This document shows, in pieces, positions 62,014-64,000 of a stretch of DNA of 64,000 bases. The notes beneath the pieces were generated by a model. The model saw nothing but the letters and a program-made list of their open reading frames with translations, searched no databases and was not told where the DNA came from. This DNA comes from Chloropicon primus (Eukaryota), in assembly GCA_023205875.1 (NCBI GenBank), contig CP060759.1, forward strand, positions 744,001-808,000. Reading direction: 5' to 3'. The position numbers and the translations under genes are program-made. The stretch's first letter is position 1, and each line of letters opens with the position of its first letter.

Positions 62014-63468
62014 CTATCCCTCTTTGGTGCTGGCCTCCACTTCGTCCAATCTGGGATCCATCACTCGGAAGAAGAGAGGAGGGCAGAGGGACAAGAGCAT
62101 CATCACCGAATAAGGTCCGGGAAGCTGAGGCCCGTCCTTAAAGTTCTTCAAGTTTTGATAGGGTTTCATGGAGTTGAGGTGGTGATCCGAATGAAGCTGT
62201 AGGTTGACGATGTGGCAGTTGGTCGCGAACCAGTCCGCGTTCCACGAGTGCGACCTGCTCACTTGCTCGTACTTGCCGTTCGCAAGTCGCTTTCTCTTCA
62301 AGCCGTAGTGCTCGATATAGTTCACGAGCTCGAGGGAGAGAATGCCTATGAACGCCTGTATAAGGTAGACGGCTAATCCCCTAGGACCGAACGCGATCAG
62401 CAAAGACCCGGCGATGAAGGCCACTCGGGCGATCCACGACAGCTTCATTGAGGCGGCCTCCGTCCTCATGAGCATCTTCACGTTATCGACGACCGATCTG
62501 ACGAAGAAGGCGTAGAAGTGCTCTCCCCTCCTCGCCGTCGAGGGATCCTCCGGAGTCCCCACGAGTTTGTGGTGGATATACTTATGAGAATGCTCGTAGT
62601 GGGGGTAGAAGACGCAGGCGAGCAGGCAGCGAGACAGCACCCTGTCACTCTTGATTGGGCTGTGGAGCAGCTCGTGCGAGACCGCGAACATGGTCGCGCC
62701 GTACAGTCCAAAGCCAACCCCTATGGTAAGAACGGAGAGGAGCGGGAGCACCGCTGCCGCATAGCAGGCTGTGGGCAGGAGACACATGTAGATGAATCCA
62801 GAGGCCCAGATCACCATCCTGTGCTCCTTGTGGTCGGTCCCCGAGGGTCCCGAGGCTCTCGCCTGCTCGTTCCCCTCTCGGCCTATGACGAAGTCGATCA
62901 CGGGGAGCACCACGAAAAAGTAGACGACCGGCATCAGGGGCAGCACCGTTCCCAGAATCGTTTTCCAGACCAGCTCGTTCGGCGAGTTCACCGGGAGCTC
63001 CAGCACCCGGGTCACCGATCCTTTCACCGCCGTACCCAAGTCCGGGCTCATCCACGCCAGACCCACCTTTGACCACACCCACTTGGTGGCCAAGGCAAGC
63101 ATAGAGGGAAGCCTGATTCCCACGCTCTCCAGCAGCGGGATGCCCACGAAGCTGAAGAGGAACGGGATGAACGCCAGCTGAATTGCGATCATGGGAAGGA
63201 AGCGGAGGGACCCGACCACGTTCCTTTTATACCACTTTCCCAGCCCGCTGAGCTCTCCAGGCTCGTTCTGCTCCCAGGGCGAGCTCAGGGCCCCCGTCCC
63301 CGTCCTCGTCCTCGTCGTAATCCCCCGCCCGACCTCCTTGGCCCGACCGCCACGGGAGGAGGAGCGGCGGCCCTCCGGACGAGACGCCCGACTGGCCGCA
63401 TGGTGCCCACGGCGCCACGCCCACGCGGCCTCCCTCGCGCCCAAGCACTGCAAGTTCGCGTACGTCAT
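62014..63468 (-). CDS. alkB: AlkB-type alkane 1-monooxygenase (membrane non-heme diiron hydroxylase)
   Basis: His boxes HELLH, HKYIHH (followed by VGTPEDPSTARRGE), NYIEHYGL, HSWN, NLQLHSDHH, PQLPGPY; N-terminal extension. Confidence 0.9.
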   Translation of the reverse strand: MTYANLQCLGAREAAWAWRRGHHAASRASRPEGRRSSSRGGRAKEVGRGITTRTRTGTGALSSPWEQNEPGELSGLGKWYKRNVVGSLRFLPMIAIQLAFIPFLFSFVGIPLLESVGIRLPSMLALATKWVWSKVGLAWMSPDLGTAVKGSVTRVLELPVNSPNELVWKTILGTVLPLMPVVYFFVVLPVIDFVIGREGNEQARASGPSGTDHKEHRMVIWASGFIYMCLLPTACYAAAVLPLLSVLTIGVGFGLYGATMFAVSHELLHSPIKSDRVLSRCLLACVFYPHYEHSHKYIHHKLVGTPEDPSTARRGEHFYAFFVRSVVDNVKMLMRTEAASMKLSWIARVAFIAGSLLIAFGPRGLAVYLIQAFIGILSLELVNYIEHYGLKRKRLANGKYEQVSRSHSWNADWFATNCHIVNLQLHSDHHLNSMKPYQNLKNFKDGPQLPGPYSVMMLLSLCPPLFFRVMDPRLDEVEASTKEG

Positions 63469-63945
63469 CCCGTCGTCCCTCACCTCATTCTCATCTCCCG
63501 CTCAAGCGGCAAACCAAACAAAACCAAACCGAACCGAGGAGGAGGACGCGCGAGGCGTTGATCGAAAGACCGCCTCCCTCGTTGTCTCGTCCCTTCGCGC
63601 GACGACGACGACGACGACGGACCAGTAGAGCAGAGGAAGCAAGGCGTGGCGCGAAAATAGTCTTGCTCAGCAAAACCAGAGTTGTCAAGAGCTCGGGAGG
63701 GCGTTGAGCTGATCGATCGATCGTGTCGTGTCGTGTCGTGTCGAGAGAGGAGGACGGGGGTGAGGACGAGATCGAAGCGATTGAAGGGTCTTGCGATCGC
63801 GTGCAAGACTCTCGCGTCACGGCGACGTACCTCTCTCACCCGCGCGCAAAAGGTCAAAGGAGACCCTCGGCCCTCGGGGGGGGGTGCTGGGTTGGGCCTT
63901 GCGAAGGTTTTATTTATTGGGTTGGGACCGGTGTCGAGGAGGAGG

Positions 63946-64000
63946 ATGGTGCTGGAGGCTGAGCACCTCAACGCTCTCGCCATGTCGTACGTGTCGACGC
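63946..64000 (+). CDS. Possible 5' start of a gene running off the window
   Basis: ATG at 63946 with the frame open to the window end (MVLEAEHLNALAMSYVST). Confidence 0.3.
   Translation, partial: MVLEAEHLNALAMSYVST

Noticed and set aside
1..64000. Selenoprotein, tRNA, rRNA or viral-insert candidates
   Set aside because: No in-frame TGA within conserved motifs, no cloverleaf or rRNA signature and no compositional break seen by eye; tRNAscan and Infernal were not run.

Overview
Gene-dense, GC-rich eukaryotic nuclear DNA from a streamlined green alga. Evidence: short GT-AG introns, TGTAA polyadenylation signals after many stops, plastid/thylakoid-targeted genes (LTO1, TL19-like, ISA2, RsmB), and GA/GAC microsatellites. 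Chloropicon-like picoplankton is my inference, not something I could verify. About 40 protein genes are supportable, including CDC14, delta-tubulin, ECM29, LIG4, a membrane pyrophosphatase, presenilin, MSH5, a PHR1/PSR1-like MYB-CC factor, a CSL glycan synthase, LSM5 and NUP85. I found no rRNA, tRNA, CRISPR array or transposase. Most notable: (1) an AlkB-type alkane 1-monooxygenase with a transit-peptide-like extension; (2) a membrane PPase with the residue pattern of prokaryotic Na+-PPases rather than plant H+-PPases; (3) an orphan secreted two-repeat protein gene bracketed by a near-perfect ~216-bp direct duplication of the CDC14 3' end, i.e. a potentially excisable or amplifiable 1.84-kb cassette; (4) a candidate bicistronic pair of small ORFs; (5) JTB-like and SEL1L3-like proteins, families mostly known from animals. 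Family calls come from recalled motifs and exon boundaries were read by eye; no searches were run.
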